From contig NC_045696.1 of NCBI RefSeq assembly GCF_009834535.1, positions 102,798,001-102,862,000 on the forward strand: a stretch of 64,000 nucleotides of DNA, given 5' to 3'. The first letter of the stretch is position 1. Every line of letters begins with the position of its first letter. Shown here in pieces: positions 24,380-37,787 of this stretch. The position numbers were made by a program, and so were the translations under genes. The DNA comes from Camelus ferus (lineage: Eukaryota). The notes beneath the pieces were generated by a model, which was not told where the DNA came from, made no database searches, and saw only the letters and a program-made list of their open reading frames with translations.

Positions 24380-27220
24380 TAAGGCCTTTATATTGAGAAA
24401 GAGAAGGATAAAAATATTGATTAATTTGATAACTTTTAAGTATTTCCATTAAAATATCTAGGGTTACCATAAAAGAATATTGAGTTTGAAAATTTAAAAC
24501 TAGCAGAGAAAAAAAGGTAAGAAGTTCAAGAAAGTGAAATAAAGTAAAAATAGAACAAAATATGATGGTAGAAATGCAAATGTATCAATAACTTCAATAT
24601 ACATAATTAGACTAAATACTTAAATTAAAAGCCAAAGATTATCAGACTGAATTAGAAAAACAAAATCCAACTATATGCTATTTGAAAGACACATCTAAAA
24701 CATAGGGACACAAAAAAGTTGAAAAGCAAAGGATAGAAAAACATAAATATATCAGGCAAATATTAACCAAAACAAAACTGATGTGGCTTTATTAATATTA
24801 GGGGAAAAGACTTTAAGTCATTTCTCCAGATGAAGAGGGCTACAAGGAAATACAACAATTTTAAAATTTGCATGCAGCTAAAAACATTCTTCAAAATATA
24901 TAACTAAATTTGGCATAGTATAAATGGAAATTGACAAGTTTATCATCACAGTGGGAGATTTTAACACATTTCTCTCAGTAACTGGCAGATTTAAAAGGGA
25001 AAAAAAAATAGATACAGAAGATTTGAACCACACAGTTAACTAAATTTGCCTGATGGACATAGATAGAATCAAAAGCTCATTTTTAATCTCAGTATGAACA
25101 ACTTCAAAACTTGACCACTGCACCATGAAACAAATCCCATCAAATTTCAAAGAACTAGCATCGCATGGTCATCCTCTCCAGCAACAACGAATAATTAGAA
25201 ATTAATGACCCAAAGTACACAATAGTTAAAATAAAGAAAAAACTTGATGTTGGAAATTGAGAAATGTACTTTTAAATAACTCATGATCAAAAAGAAACTA
25301 ATGGAAAATAGGAAATATTAAAAATTTGAACAATAATAGAAACATTGAATATTAAACTGTGTGGAATGCAACTTAAATAGCACTTTAAAATTTATAACAT
25401 TAAAGGTTTACGTTCTAAAAGGGTGAAAATATTTTGTGAATGGTACAAATTAGGAAGTCAGTAAAAGAACAAAAGAACACCCTCCTAAAGAGTAGGAGGA
25501 AATAAGCATAAATGCAGAAATTGAGTAAAATAGAATTTAAGTAGAGAAAATTAACAAAATCAAAAATTGGTTCTCTAAAATGACTAATATAATTGACAAA
25601 ACTGACAAGATTAAGCAAATAAATAAATAAATAAATAAAGGACAACAAAACAACTTAGGAATGAAAAGGGACCTTACAACAGATGTTACAGACTCTTAAA
25701 AAGGATTAAGAGGATATTATGAACCACTTATGTCAGTAGATTTGAACACTTACATGAAGTGGACAAATTCCTGGCTGAGGGGTGGGGACTTACTAACTTA
25801 GACTCAGGTAGAAATAGAATACTTAAATAGTCCTATAACCACTAAAGAAACTCAAGCATAATTTTAAAACTTTCTTCAAATAAAACTCCAGGCCCAGATA
25901 GTTTTATTTAGAAGGTCTACCAAACATCTGGGGGCCAAAGACTGCCAATCTAACATATTCTATTCCAGAGTATAAAAAAGTAACATCCAGCAATTCTTTT
26001 TATGAGATTAATATAATCTTAACATCAAAACTTTAGCAGACAATAGGATCTAGGAAGACCACTAGTCTGATTTTACTTACGAACATAGGTGCAAAAACCC
26101 TAAACAAAATATTACCAAAATCCAGCAAACAAAATAGGTCATGATCAAGTTGGGTTTATCCCAGAAATGCTTGATTGATTTAACATGAGAAATTCAATGG
26201 TCAAACTTTCCTGCAGTGCCAACTAGGGAGTCTTAGGAACAACTAAACATTCAGATTCAACAGTACCACAGGCCTCCTTCGATATCAATATCCTTAGAAA
26301 GACAGAGCACAGGGACCAGAGCTTAACAGGGCTATGTCACACCTTCTTCTTCTGTGGGAGCCTCTGCAGCCATCTGGCAGCTGTCCACACAGCCATCCAT
26401 GAGCTGTTTTCCTTGGCCTCCCTACATGATGTCTCAGATGCCAGGAGACAAGATTCAAGCCAAGTGGATGCAGACACTCCAGTTAAAGGCCGCATTTTCA
26501 CAGAAGCTGGTATCTCTTGTAACAACACCATAGGCCCAGCTTCCAGACTCCTCATAGATGACATAAATAGTTATGAGTTACACACTCAGGAAAGCCCAAA
26601 GCTATGGCTTCCCTATCAGGTATTCATAGTTCCTTTATATTGGATTAGATTCCTTCCAATCCAATGCAGTTCACCAATCAGGGGTCATTCCTACCACAAA
26701 CAAGTTAGCCTAGCAACATAGTTGACATACTGTATTATCAGATTACTAGGTAGACTAAGCTAGAGCTAAACAAAGATCAACCGTTAATGGGGAAAGGTTC
26801 TGTTAAGCCCTATTCATGACAGATTAAAGAAGAAAAATCATTTGGTCTTAATAATGCAGAAGCACTTGATATAATTCAACATTTATTCATGACAAAAATA
26901 AACCCTGAGCAAACTATGAATAGAAGGGAACTTCCTTAAGCTGACAAAGAAACTTGCAGCAAATCTCATATTTAATGGTGTAATATTGAAAGCATTTCTT
27001 TTAAGATCAGTGGTAAGAATGCTTAAAATCACCATTTCTATTAAAAATTGTACTGGAAGGTCTGGTCAGTGTAGCTAGGCAAGAAAAAGAAATAAATGAT
27101 ATTGGAAAGGCAAGAAACAAGACTATTAAAATGCAAAGATGATATGTTTATCCAAATAGAAAACTTGAAGCAACCTGCGCGGAAGTGATTAGAATTAGTA
27201 GTTTCACAAGTTTGTCTCTT
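24380..27220 (+). mobile_element. Old L1 ORF2 fragment (endonuclease to RT), interrupted at ~26200-26810
   Basis: Decayed ORF2 motifs: atccaactatatgcta, gtgggagattttaacac, aaaactccaggcccagat, atgatcaagttgggtttatcccagaaatgc, gcaaagatgatatg. Confidence 0.85.
26200..26810 (-). mobile_element. Probable solo LTR nested in L1
   Basis: ~600-nt block splits contiguous L1 ORF2; one end resembles the end of the block at 50550-51185. Confidence 0.5.
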
Positions 27221-29724
27221 AGTCCTAGCCCCAAACAAAAAATAAATATAATTTTATTTTTTATAACTAAGCATCTTGAATTAGGGATTCGAGGGTCAGA
27301 GGGTCATTATTCACACACCAACAGTCCCTTTTTAACATAGAGCCTGTGGCAGTGCAAGCATCGGGGTATATACACATGGATGTACAGTTAGGTATGCAGA
27401 CGAGGCACCTCTGGGATATATATAGACGTTTCTCTGAGGGATTTTAAAGTTATTATTTAAAATTTTGACATTTTGTTTTTGTCATTTGCTTTTTCCTCTT
27501 AAAAACAAAGTCAACAATTAGGTTTAAAAAGGCTAAAATTTGATCAGATATAAATTTGAAACAGTATCTTTTGCTTGAAGGATGTCCCTATGGCATTATG
27601 ATAGTAAGATTAGGTTAGATTTAAACACTGAGATGGAGCTTTTAAGTTCAGAAATATATTAAGAAAATCTACAAGCTCAAAGTACGACTTTACACAGCTG
27701 ACCAATTTGTTTCACAGATAAGAAATTAGTATTAACAGTAACAATGCAATTAAGAGCATCCTGGATGAGGAGGAGAAAGACTTGGATTCTCCTTCACAGG
27801 GCAGCACTGGGAATTTTAGTTTCATTATCTGTAAAATGAGGAAGTTGAAATGAATTCTTTCTGAGATCCTGTATAGGTTTAAATTGTTTCCAGATCCTTG
27901 AATAACCAAATTGATAAGGATTTAAAGTGACAAAGAAAATTAACCAGTTTCTCCTTTCTAAACCCTTTGTCCCTCCATGGCCTGGCTTATTTATTTTCTA
28001 AGACTGACTCCTGCTTTTTTATGTTTGCGACCTCACTGCTCATCCTTTCCCCCTGACTCTGGCTCATCTCGCTGGTCTCTGCTTCTGACCTTGGTCATAA
28101 ACTTAAAAGTCTTTAATAAACAATCACTTAGAAAAGCAGGAACTGAACATCTTAAATTCTGTTCTCTGACCAAGATGAACCTACAATGGGAAATTCATTC
28201 AAAAAAGCAAAGGTTTGGAATATATCTTTCCTAATACAAACAGGAAATTGAGTTCAAGATCTCAAGTCAATCATTATACAACCTGGATAAATCACTTAAA
28301 ATGTCAGTTTTCTTACCTATAAAATGAGAAGTTTGAAGCAGGTGCTCTGAGTTGTCTTCCAGTCCAACCTGATGAAATAGGACCGAGAGCCTGCAGTTGT
28401 TCGATGGCTAACCAATTGGATGTCAATTCCAGGATATTTACACAAACAGATAATGGCTAAATTTTCATTCAACAAATTTGTGTCATTTAACATCAACACT
28501 GTACTTAAGCTGAGGATATGGAGAAGAATAAGAGAACTGTTCCCTCCTATGCTTAGTTTAGTTTTATAGCTTAAAAAGAAAAAAGCCCTCTGTGTTAAAA
28601 CAATCATTATAGAAAATACAGTGATTTCTTGCTACTTCCACTGAAAAATAAAGTGGGTGAAATGAGTTTTAAAACATGGAGCTGAATTATCCTCCAGAAC
28701 TGCTTTAATTTCTGAGTGAATGAGGTGGCTAGTAAATTTTCTTCCTCAAAACTCTTTTCAAATGGCACTTGATCGTTTTAATATCCTTCAATGAGAATAA
28801 TTTTACCTAAAACTGAAAGGATTGATTCAATAGTCTTTCTAATGGAGAGAGAGAGAGTGAGAGAGAAACCTCTAGATTGCTGGTAGCAGGTTGAAGGAGC
28901 CTGTCATTATCTGGCTGAAACAGTTCTTTTTTGAAACATACATTTACCTCCTACCCAAACATGCTGTTTTGCCTCTTGTATCACTGTAATTTAATTTACA
29001 TCTGAAATCATATCTCTTAAAGAGTTATTTTTAAAGCATGCAACTAACACATAAAATTTTTCTTAGTTTTGATTTCTGTATTCGAAGTATTTATTTTAAA
29101 CTAGGGGCAGGGGAAGCAGGAAAAGAAAAAATAGTGTGAAATAACCAAAGGAAGAGAAACACTGTCATTGTCATGTCTAAGTATATCTTCAAGAAACAAC
29201 ATGTTTACAAATGGGGCAGTGATGCCAGAAAGCTAACAAATTTACTTACAAATGAGAGATTCAGAGTAGCCATTACCCTGGCGCTATTAATATTTTCTTG
29301 GTGTAATTTTGAATAATTAGACTCTCTAGGGCCTATAACCTCAGCTTATTTTATATTTTATAAATGTATTTTCTGAGGAAAACCAAAAAATCAATTTCAG
29401 TGCAATTCCAATTAAAATCCCTACGAGTTTTTTTTTTTCAAGACATTGATGGACAGATTCCAAAATTTACATGAAAAAGCAAAGAACCTAGAATAGCTAA
29501 CAGTTTTGAAAAGTACAAAATTCTTCACCTTGGCATTCATTACTGTACTTGACCTGACTGTTGTAATAGCAACGGGCTTGCGTATCACTGTTTTCTTCTG
29601 GGGTGGTAATAAATCATAAAACTCCACTGTCATTTTCTTATTTCTTTATCTTAGAATGTTGTAGCATTATGTATTTTTGTCAGGTTTCCTGAAGCATAAT
29701 TGAAATGAATACATTAAAATTCAC

Positions 29725-29811
29725 TTTTTTTTTAAGTTTAGAAAAGTTTAATAGGTATGCTGCTACAGGCAACAACAGTGGCCACACAGACGAGAGGTGC
29801 CTGTGTGAGCC
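29725..29811 (-). pseudogene. 87-nt polyadenylated retroposed fragment of unknown source
   Basis: ATTAAA (29747-29752, - strand), A9 tail, TSD aaaattcac (29716-29724, 29812-29820). Confidence 0.7.
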
Positions 29812-30039
29812 AAAATTCACCCTTTTTAAATGTACAGTTTGAAGAGTTGTGCAATCAGTCTCCTCCCACCACCAGGTCCTGGCAACTAACGATCTGATTT
29901 TGGTTTCTACTGTTTTGTTTTTTCTAGGATGTCCTATAAATGAAATCATACAGTAAGTAGCTTTCTGTGACAAGCTTCCTCACTTAGCATACTATTAAGA
30001 TTCATCTATGGCATTGCATCCATCAGCAGTTTGTGCCTG

Positions 30040-30622
30040 GGTCAAACTGAATTATGTTTCTTAGCATTCTCTCCCTTGTATGTTTCCAGTTAGGGTGGGC
30101 CACAAGACACATGTCAGTGGAATGTTTTTAGGAAGCAGCAGCCACTTCAGCTTTTTTCATAGTTCACACATGTTGAAACTTACCTGCTGGCTCAACTTGT
30201 TGGAGTGGGGCAGCAGGCAGGACTATAATCATTCCATCTTTCCTTGGATCGTCCTTCAGTGTCTCTGATTCCTGGGCCACTCGTGTAGTTAGCAACGGAG
30301 CACAGGGCAACTTCTCCCACGGGACACCCACATCATCAAGGATGGAGACAGTGAGAAGGGGCATGGATCTCAGTCCATCCTCATGCGTTCCAGCTTCTCT
30401 GTGTTTCTTCCAGTTGACCCTTCTCTTCCCCTCCCAAAAGCCTACCTGGTGAACGTCAAGCTCTAGTATTAGATGCAAAATCAACAGCCTTAGAGTCTGC
30501 TTAACCAACTTTAATAACTGTGTAATGTCAAATCCCTGTCAACAAATCACTGTACACACATACATGTGTGCCTGCAAACATCCTAGTGGCTCTGCTTCTC
30601 TGACTGAACTCTGACGGATACA
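30040..30622. mobile_element. ERVL-type LTR nested in an antisense L1M fragment (~29812-30780)
   Basis: End motif gtggctctgcttctctgactgaactctgacggataca; L1 antisense motifs resume on both sides. Confidence 0.6.
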
Positions 30623-31036
30623 ACTCTTTTTTATCGCTGAGCTGATTTCCATTGCACAGAGGTACAACTGTTTTATCCATTCACCAGTTCATGGGCATTT
30701 GGTTGTTTTCAATTTGAGATCATGAATAAAGCTGCCATAAACATTCACATACAAGTCTTTGTGTATACGTATTACTTCAAAACATAGTATTTATAAATAT
30801 ATGAAGAAATAGCTAAAAGTGTTAAATGTGACTGCCATTGGAGGTATGAAGGGGTACAAAGGGGTCTGATGTTGATATTTTGCATTTTAGCCCTTCGTTG
30901 CCATAATTTGAAAAAAGCACTAAACTGTATACTTTAAAAGAGTAAATTTTATGGTATGTGAATTATAGCAATAAAAAGTGTAAGAGTATATAATAATACA
31001 ATGAACAGACTGTCAATTTATAATCTAATGTCAAGT

Positions 31037-31042
31037 TTTATT
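31037..31042 (-). terminator. TRPC1: Probable TRPC1 distal polyadenylation signal
   Basis: AATAAA on the - strand ~1.66 kb past the stop, at the end of an AT-rich tract before repeats resume. Confidence 0.5.
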
Positions 31043-32699
31043 TACCTTTTTTCTCACAATATGCTGTCATTCAAAATACACCTTATAAGTAACTCATGCA
31101 TACAGTAGGCACTCTATAAATATTTTGATTTAATAATTAGGTATTTTTTTTTAGAATGACTAAAAACCCTGATGTAAAATCCCAATTGGGAAGTGCATAA
31201 TCCCATCATAGACAAAATATATAACTTTACAATAAACATTTTTATAAGAATTTGCCCAAAAAAGGGAACACTTACAAGTTGGAAATTAAAAAATAAAAAG
31301 TTAAAAGTAAGATGAAACACAATACTAACATATTTCAACAATGATCCCTGGATCGGTGGTGCTTACAGACCAAGGGCTACCTGCACCCTGTGGCCTTAAG
31401 ACCATCTGACATTCAGTTAAGAAGATAATGATACACCTAATAACTCTTAACTGGAAATGCTGCAAGAATATACAAGCAATATGAAAAAATGTTAACTATA
31501 TCCCTTATATGAACACAGGGAAAAAATTTAAATACATATTTTATTCTCTAATTTAAAAAATCAGTGCTTTTCATCCTAAGTATCAAGAATGAGCCACAAA
31601 TAAGCATGAAGTCACTTTTATAGAAGCTATATTAAATCTGGTGGAAAATAATTTGGGAGATAAGCTCAAGAACCTCAGCTCAAATATAAAACAAATCCTT
31701 GCATTAAATGGTCCACCAATGTTTACAAAAACAGAACAGTCTGTGATCATACATGATAAGGAAATATCTTCTAAATCCTTATTTTGAGTTAGCTTGATAA
31801 CTAGGAACATTCACTCCAACTTAAAAAAAAATTACCACTATTATGATAATGAAAAATTAAAAGCTAATAAATACCTAATCTTAGAGAAATAGTTGTGCAA
31901 ACTTATAGACATAATCAAATACTCTATAGCTACAGAATGAAAAGTCTACTACATTTTTCAAAAACTATATAATTCTATAAAAATTTAAATACGTGAACTA
32001 TATCAATATATGGAAATGTATATATAAAATACTATTAAGTGAAAAAAGCAAAATTAAAAATATAAAGTGATTACAACCATGTAAAAGTAAATATATTACA
32101 ATAACAAACATTGAAGTGAATTTAAATTTACAGACACATAAATAAATTCAAATATTCATTAGGGTTTTATCTTTGTTGCTTAAAATTATAACAAAATAAA
32201 AAAGAAAAATAGACTACTATTTTAGGTAAAACTATACTCCTAAACAATAAATACTGAATTATATGTACTCCTAAAACAAAGATTTTAAAAAAAATGACTT
32301 CTATATCTCAAGTGTAGCCTGTGGAAGGAGACCAGTCCACATTTGCTGATCTTCATTTTTACAAATCCTTCTGGAAAGTGTACACTTCTAACTGCCCTTC
32401 TTAAGCATAAAAAGAAAAAACTGTTAAAGCACTCTTCAAATAAGAAAATGAAGCAGCATGCTAACAAAATCTATTACTTAATCTGTTTTACTCCTGCAAA
32501 AGCCACTAACAGAGGGTTTAAAAAAAACGAATTCTATATACATATTTTACATAACACATATTTATGCTATAAATATTTTAAAGAATGGCTTTCACATAAT
32601 TATTTTAATGTATATCTTATTAACTTAATTGCAAGTTATGCAAATGCAGTGCTTCAGATTTATTATTGAAAATTATTCTCTACATGATTTAGAAAATGG

Positions 32700-33032
<333 letters not shown>

Positions 33033-33162
33033 TTAGACTATATTTTTGCCACTACTTATTACAAAATAATATTTAACACGTGTTTAAAATAAATATGCCC
33101 TCCATATTTGTTTTATTCATTTACCTGTATGTTTCTCTTGATTTAAAAATCCTCAGTTTAGC

Positions 33163-33298
33163 AGGGGAGGGTAGAGCTCAGTGGTAGAGTGCATGCTTAG
33201 CAGGCACAAGGTCCTGGGTTCAATCCCCATTATCTCCATTAAAAATACATAAGTCTAATTACCTCTCCCCAAAATAAATAATAAATAAAAAAATTTTT
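33163..33298 (+). mobile_element. tRNA-derived SINE (camelid Vic-1-like)
   Basis: tagagctcagtggtagag / gggttcaatccc boxes; TSD aaatcctca(g/c)ttta at 33147-33160 and 33299-33312. Confidence 0.9.
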
Positions 33299-33315
33299 AA
33301 ATCCTCACTTTATAG

Positions 33316-33693
33316 TAGGGATTAGCAAACTATGACCCACAAGCCAATGTGGCCCACTTCCTGTTTTTGATGGCCTGTGAGCTAAGAATGGCTTTTACAG
33401 ATGAACATTTGTAATCATTTGATGATAGGGAACACTAACTTTGAACCCCAGTTAAACAAAATGTTATCCCCCCCAAAATGGAATTCCATTCTTTTCATTA
33501 ACAGACCTGTATTATAAAAATAATTATTACTCCATTATTGTTATATTTTTAATTTTACCAATAAAAATTTTTGGAAATTTGTTTTCTCTCTCATTATATT
33601 ACTACCCACATAATATCTACAATTTTGTCACGGCCCACAAAGTCTAAAATATTTCTTATCTGGTCCTTTACAGAAAAAGTTTGCCAAGTCCTG
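33316..33693. mobile_element. MER58-type hAT-Charlie element
   Basis: TIRs tagggattagcaaact / agtttgccaagtcctg; 8-bp TSD (c/g)tttatag. Confidence 0.8.
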
Positions 33694-34062
33694 GTTTATA
33701 GCAACATGTATTGAATTATTCATATATCAAACAACTTTCAATAAGAACCAGAAATATATGCACTGACTCTAGGAATCACTCTTTATTTATGATGACAGAC
33801 CAGGTATTCTAAATATTTTCCATGTTTTAAAACTGTTAGATGAGAGTTTGTGAAAAAAAATGCAGCTCTATCTCTCATTCTCAATAAATATTTATTGAAT
33901 CCTTACTTTATGTTAGATACTATGCCATGTATTAAGGATACAGGAGTGAAAAAAAACAAAAACAAGACAGTTCCAGCCCTTAAGAGACCTGCATATTATG
34001 CTTTAGGAAACATCTGAGATTAGGAATTGTTTAAATTACCATGTTACATGATCGAACAGCTA

Positions 34063-34434
<372 letters not shown>

Positions 34435-34447
34435 TTAATATCCATTA

Positions 34448-34825
<378 letters not shown>

Positions 34826-35164
34826 TTAAAGAAAATAAGTAGCAAAAGTGAAGAATTCATTTATATCATTATTACCTAAGGGATACATTGATAACCCAGG
34901 ATTAATATTTTATAAAATAAATGAAGTTGGACCCAACATCACAGATATGCCTTAAACAAAGAAATAAACTCAAAAGATAAATTATTTCTGTTTAACCACT
35001 TACTGCTTTTCTGTCTTTCCACAACACAGTAACCTATGTGATCTTGTTAATACTTAATTACAGATTTTCCCACTCCTTTGCTCAAAAACTTCAAATGGCT
35101 CTCAATCGCAAAAGCCCAAAGTCCATTCACAGGCCAACAGAGTCCTACATGATCTCATTACCTT

Positions 35165-35674
35165 TCTTTTCTTTTCTTTTCCTTCCTTCCTTCTTTTTTT
35201 CTTTCCTTCCTTCCTTCTTTCCTTCCTTCCTTTCAACTGAAGTATAGTTGATTTATAATATTATGTTAGCTTCAGGTGTACAACATAGTGATTCAGAATT
35301 TTTGCAGATTATACTCCATTATAAATTATTACAGGATAACAGCTATAATTCCCTGTGCAATACAGTATATCCTTGGTGCTTATCTATTTTACACATAGGA
35401 GTTTGTACCTGTTAATCCCATATTCATTATGTGTCCCTCCCCAATTCCCTCTCCCCTTTGGTAACCACGAGTTTGCTTTCTGTATCTGTAAGTCTGTTTC
35501 TGTTCTGCATATATATTCATTTGTATTATTTTTTAGATTTCACATATAAGTGACATCATAAGGTATTTGTTTTTCTTTGACTTATTCCACTAGGCACTAT
35601 TATTTAGGTACATGCACATAGCTGCAAATGGCAGAATTTCATTCTTTTTTTTTTTAATGGCTTGTGATATTCTG

Positions 35675-35720
<46 letters not shown>

Positions 35721-37787
35721 TCCATCTTCTTAATCCATTCATCTGTTGATGTGCCATTCATTTGCTTCCACATTTTGGCTATTATAAGTAGTGCTGCTAT
35801 GAACATTGGGGTGCATGTATCTTTTTGAATTAGTGTTTTCATTTTTTCTAGATATATAGCAAGGAGTAGAATTGCTGGGATCATATGGTAGTTCCATTTT
35901 TAGTTTCTTGAGGAACCTCCATACTGTTTTTGCAATTTTAATTAATGGTATGTCTTGGTGTGGGTCTGTTTGGGTTCATCTTGTTTGGGACCCTCTGTAC
36001 TTCCTGTACCTGGGTATCTGTTTCTTTCTTTAGATTTGGAAAGTTTTCAGCCATAATTTCTTCAAATACATTTCGGATCCCTTTCTCTCTCTCTCCTCCT
36101 TCTGGAACCCCCATTATGTGAATGTTGGTGTGTTTAATGTTATCCTAGAGATCTCGTAGACTGCATTTTTTTTATTCCATTTGTCTTTCTTTCTGCTAGG
36201 TGATTGGGTCATTTCTGTTATTCTACCCTCCAGATCACTCATGTGTTCTTCTGTGTCACTCAGTCTGCTATTCAGAATGTTTTTTATTCAAGATATTGAA
36301 TTATCTATTTTTGATTGGGTCTTTTTTATATTTTCTAGTTCCTTGTTAAAATATTATTTGTTTAGATCTATCCTCTTCCCTAATTTAGTTACCATTTTTA
36401 TTACCAATGATTTGAATACTTTACCTGGTAAAATGTATATTTCTATTTCATTATTTTTTGAAGGTTTTTCTCTTGCTTTTTCAAATAGTTCCTCTGCCTT
36501 TTCATTCTACTTAATTTTCTATGCCTCTATGACTTCAGGTGAAACAGCTATTGTGGTCTTGAAGGTGTGTTCCTATGTGGGAGCATCCCTGTGCAGACTG
36601 TGGGTACCTAATGCCTTTGGTGGGAGGGCTGAATTTGATCTGGTCTTTCCTCAGGGTGTGCTGCCAGCTAAAATCTTGGCAGGGGGTGTGGCTAGAAAGG
36701 AAGGAGCCAGAGATTCCAGGGTATGAGGTGGGACATCCTCTCTGCTCAGTGGCCATCACCACCCTGAGGTCAGGGGTGGGGTCTGCTCCCAAGTTGCTGG
36801 AGTGGGAGCCCTGAGGGTACGGCTCAAGCTGGCTCTGTTTCTTTAAATTGTGTGCTTTTCCTTCTCCCCACACTGGGATCTTGCCCCAAACGAGAGGATT
36901 TGCTGAAGCAAGTAGGGCTTGTGCACTTACGGTGGTCTGATGCATTGCCTGTATAGGTATCTGCAGCTCTGCTCAGACGCAGCCCACGTTGTGTCTTATC
37001 TCCAGTCATGGCCACCCCATGGCCACTCCACATCTAGTGCTGGGCTGTGGCATGGATTGACTGGGGCTAGAGTGTTCACTCAGCCTAGGCTGGACACATA
37101 GCAAGTTGGTCGCAGGAAACCCAACAGCTGTACTACTGTCAAATGTCTGGGCTGTTTCTGGGGCGCTGCTGGAGTAAGCGCCAACACGGCCACCACCCCA
37201 CCTGGGCCATGCCTCAGGACTGAGTTGCCTCTGCATCCCAAAGTCCTGGATGCCCTAGATCCAATGCTGGACTGTGATGTGGAATGAGCAGGGCTGGGAT
37301 ATTTGCTCAGCTTGGGCTGGGGGCCATGGCGAGGCAGTCACAGGAAACCTGGAAGTCACTAGGGCAGACCTCTCTCCACCCTGCTTCGGGGCAAGCCAGC
37401 ACTCATGCTCCTCATAAGTGGAGTCCAGGCTTCTCCAGCCTATCATCTGTCCCAGTGGTTCTCCAACCACCTGAGGGGGCTGGTCTCCTATGTGCCCAGT
37501 GAGCTTGACTCGCTCATTCCCCAGGGCAGATGTCTACCCATGCAATCTCCCCTTTCCGTTGAGTCCCCTCCCAGGGGCACAGGTCCTGACCTGATCACTT
37601 TCTTCCCATCCTACCAGATTACGTGTGCTATATTTCTTACAGTCTTGGTTGTAGAGGAGTCCTTCTGACAGTTTCCAGCTAGCTTTCAGTGAGAGCTGTT
37701 TCACACGTAGATCTATTCCTAATGTGTTCCTGGCAGGAAGTGAGCTCCACGTCCTCTAACTCCACCATCTTGATCTGCTTTATTCCC
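35165..37787 (-). mobile_element. Internally deleted L1 (5'UTR plus partial ORF1 fused to ORF2 end/3'UTR), inserted in an L2
   Basis: 5' end gatcaagatggtggag, ORF1-like segment ~35932-36500, ORF2-end/3'UTR 35236-35930, (GAAA/GGAA)n tail, TSD cattacctt (35156-35164, 37788-37796). Confidence 0.8.
35677..35718. repeat. (TG)n microsatellite within the L1
   Basis: About 21 TG units. Confidence 0.95.

Noticed and set aside
22200..31040. Overlapping sense-antisense 3'UTRs of PCOLCE2 and TRPC1
   Set aside because: The likely polyA signals are ~8.8 kb apart, separated by repeat-rich DNA.
36181..36726. 181-aa hydrophobic ORF
   Set aside because: Antisense reading of A-rich L1 ORF1 sequence.
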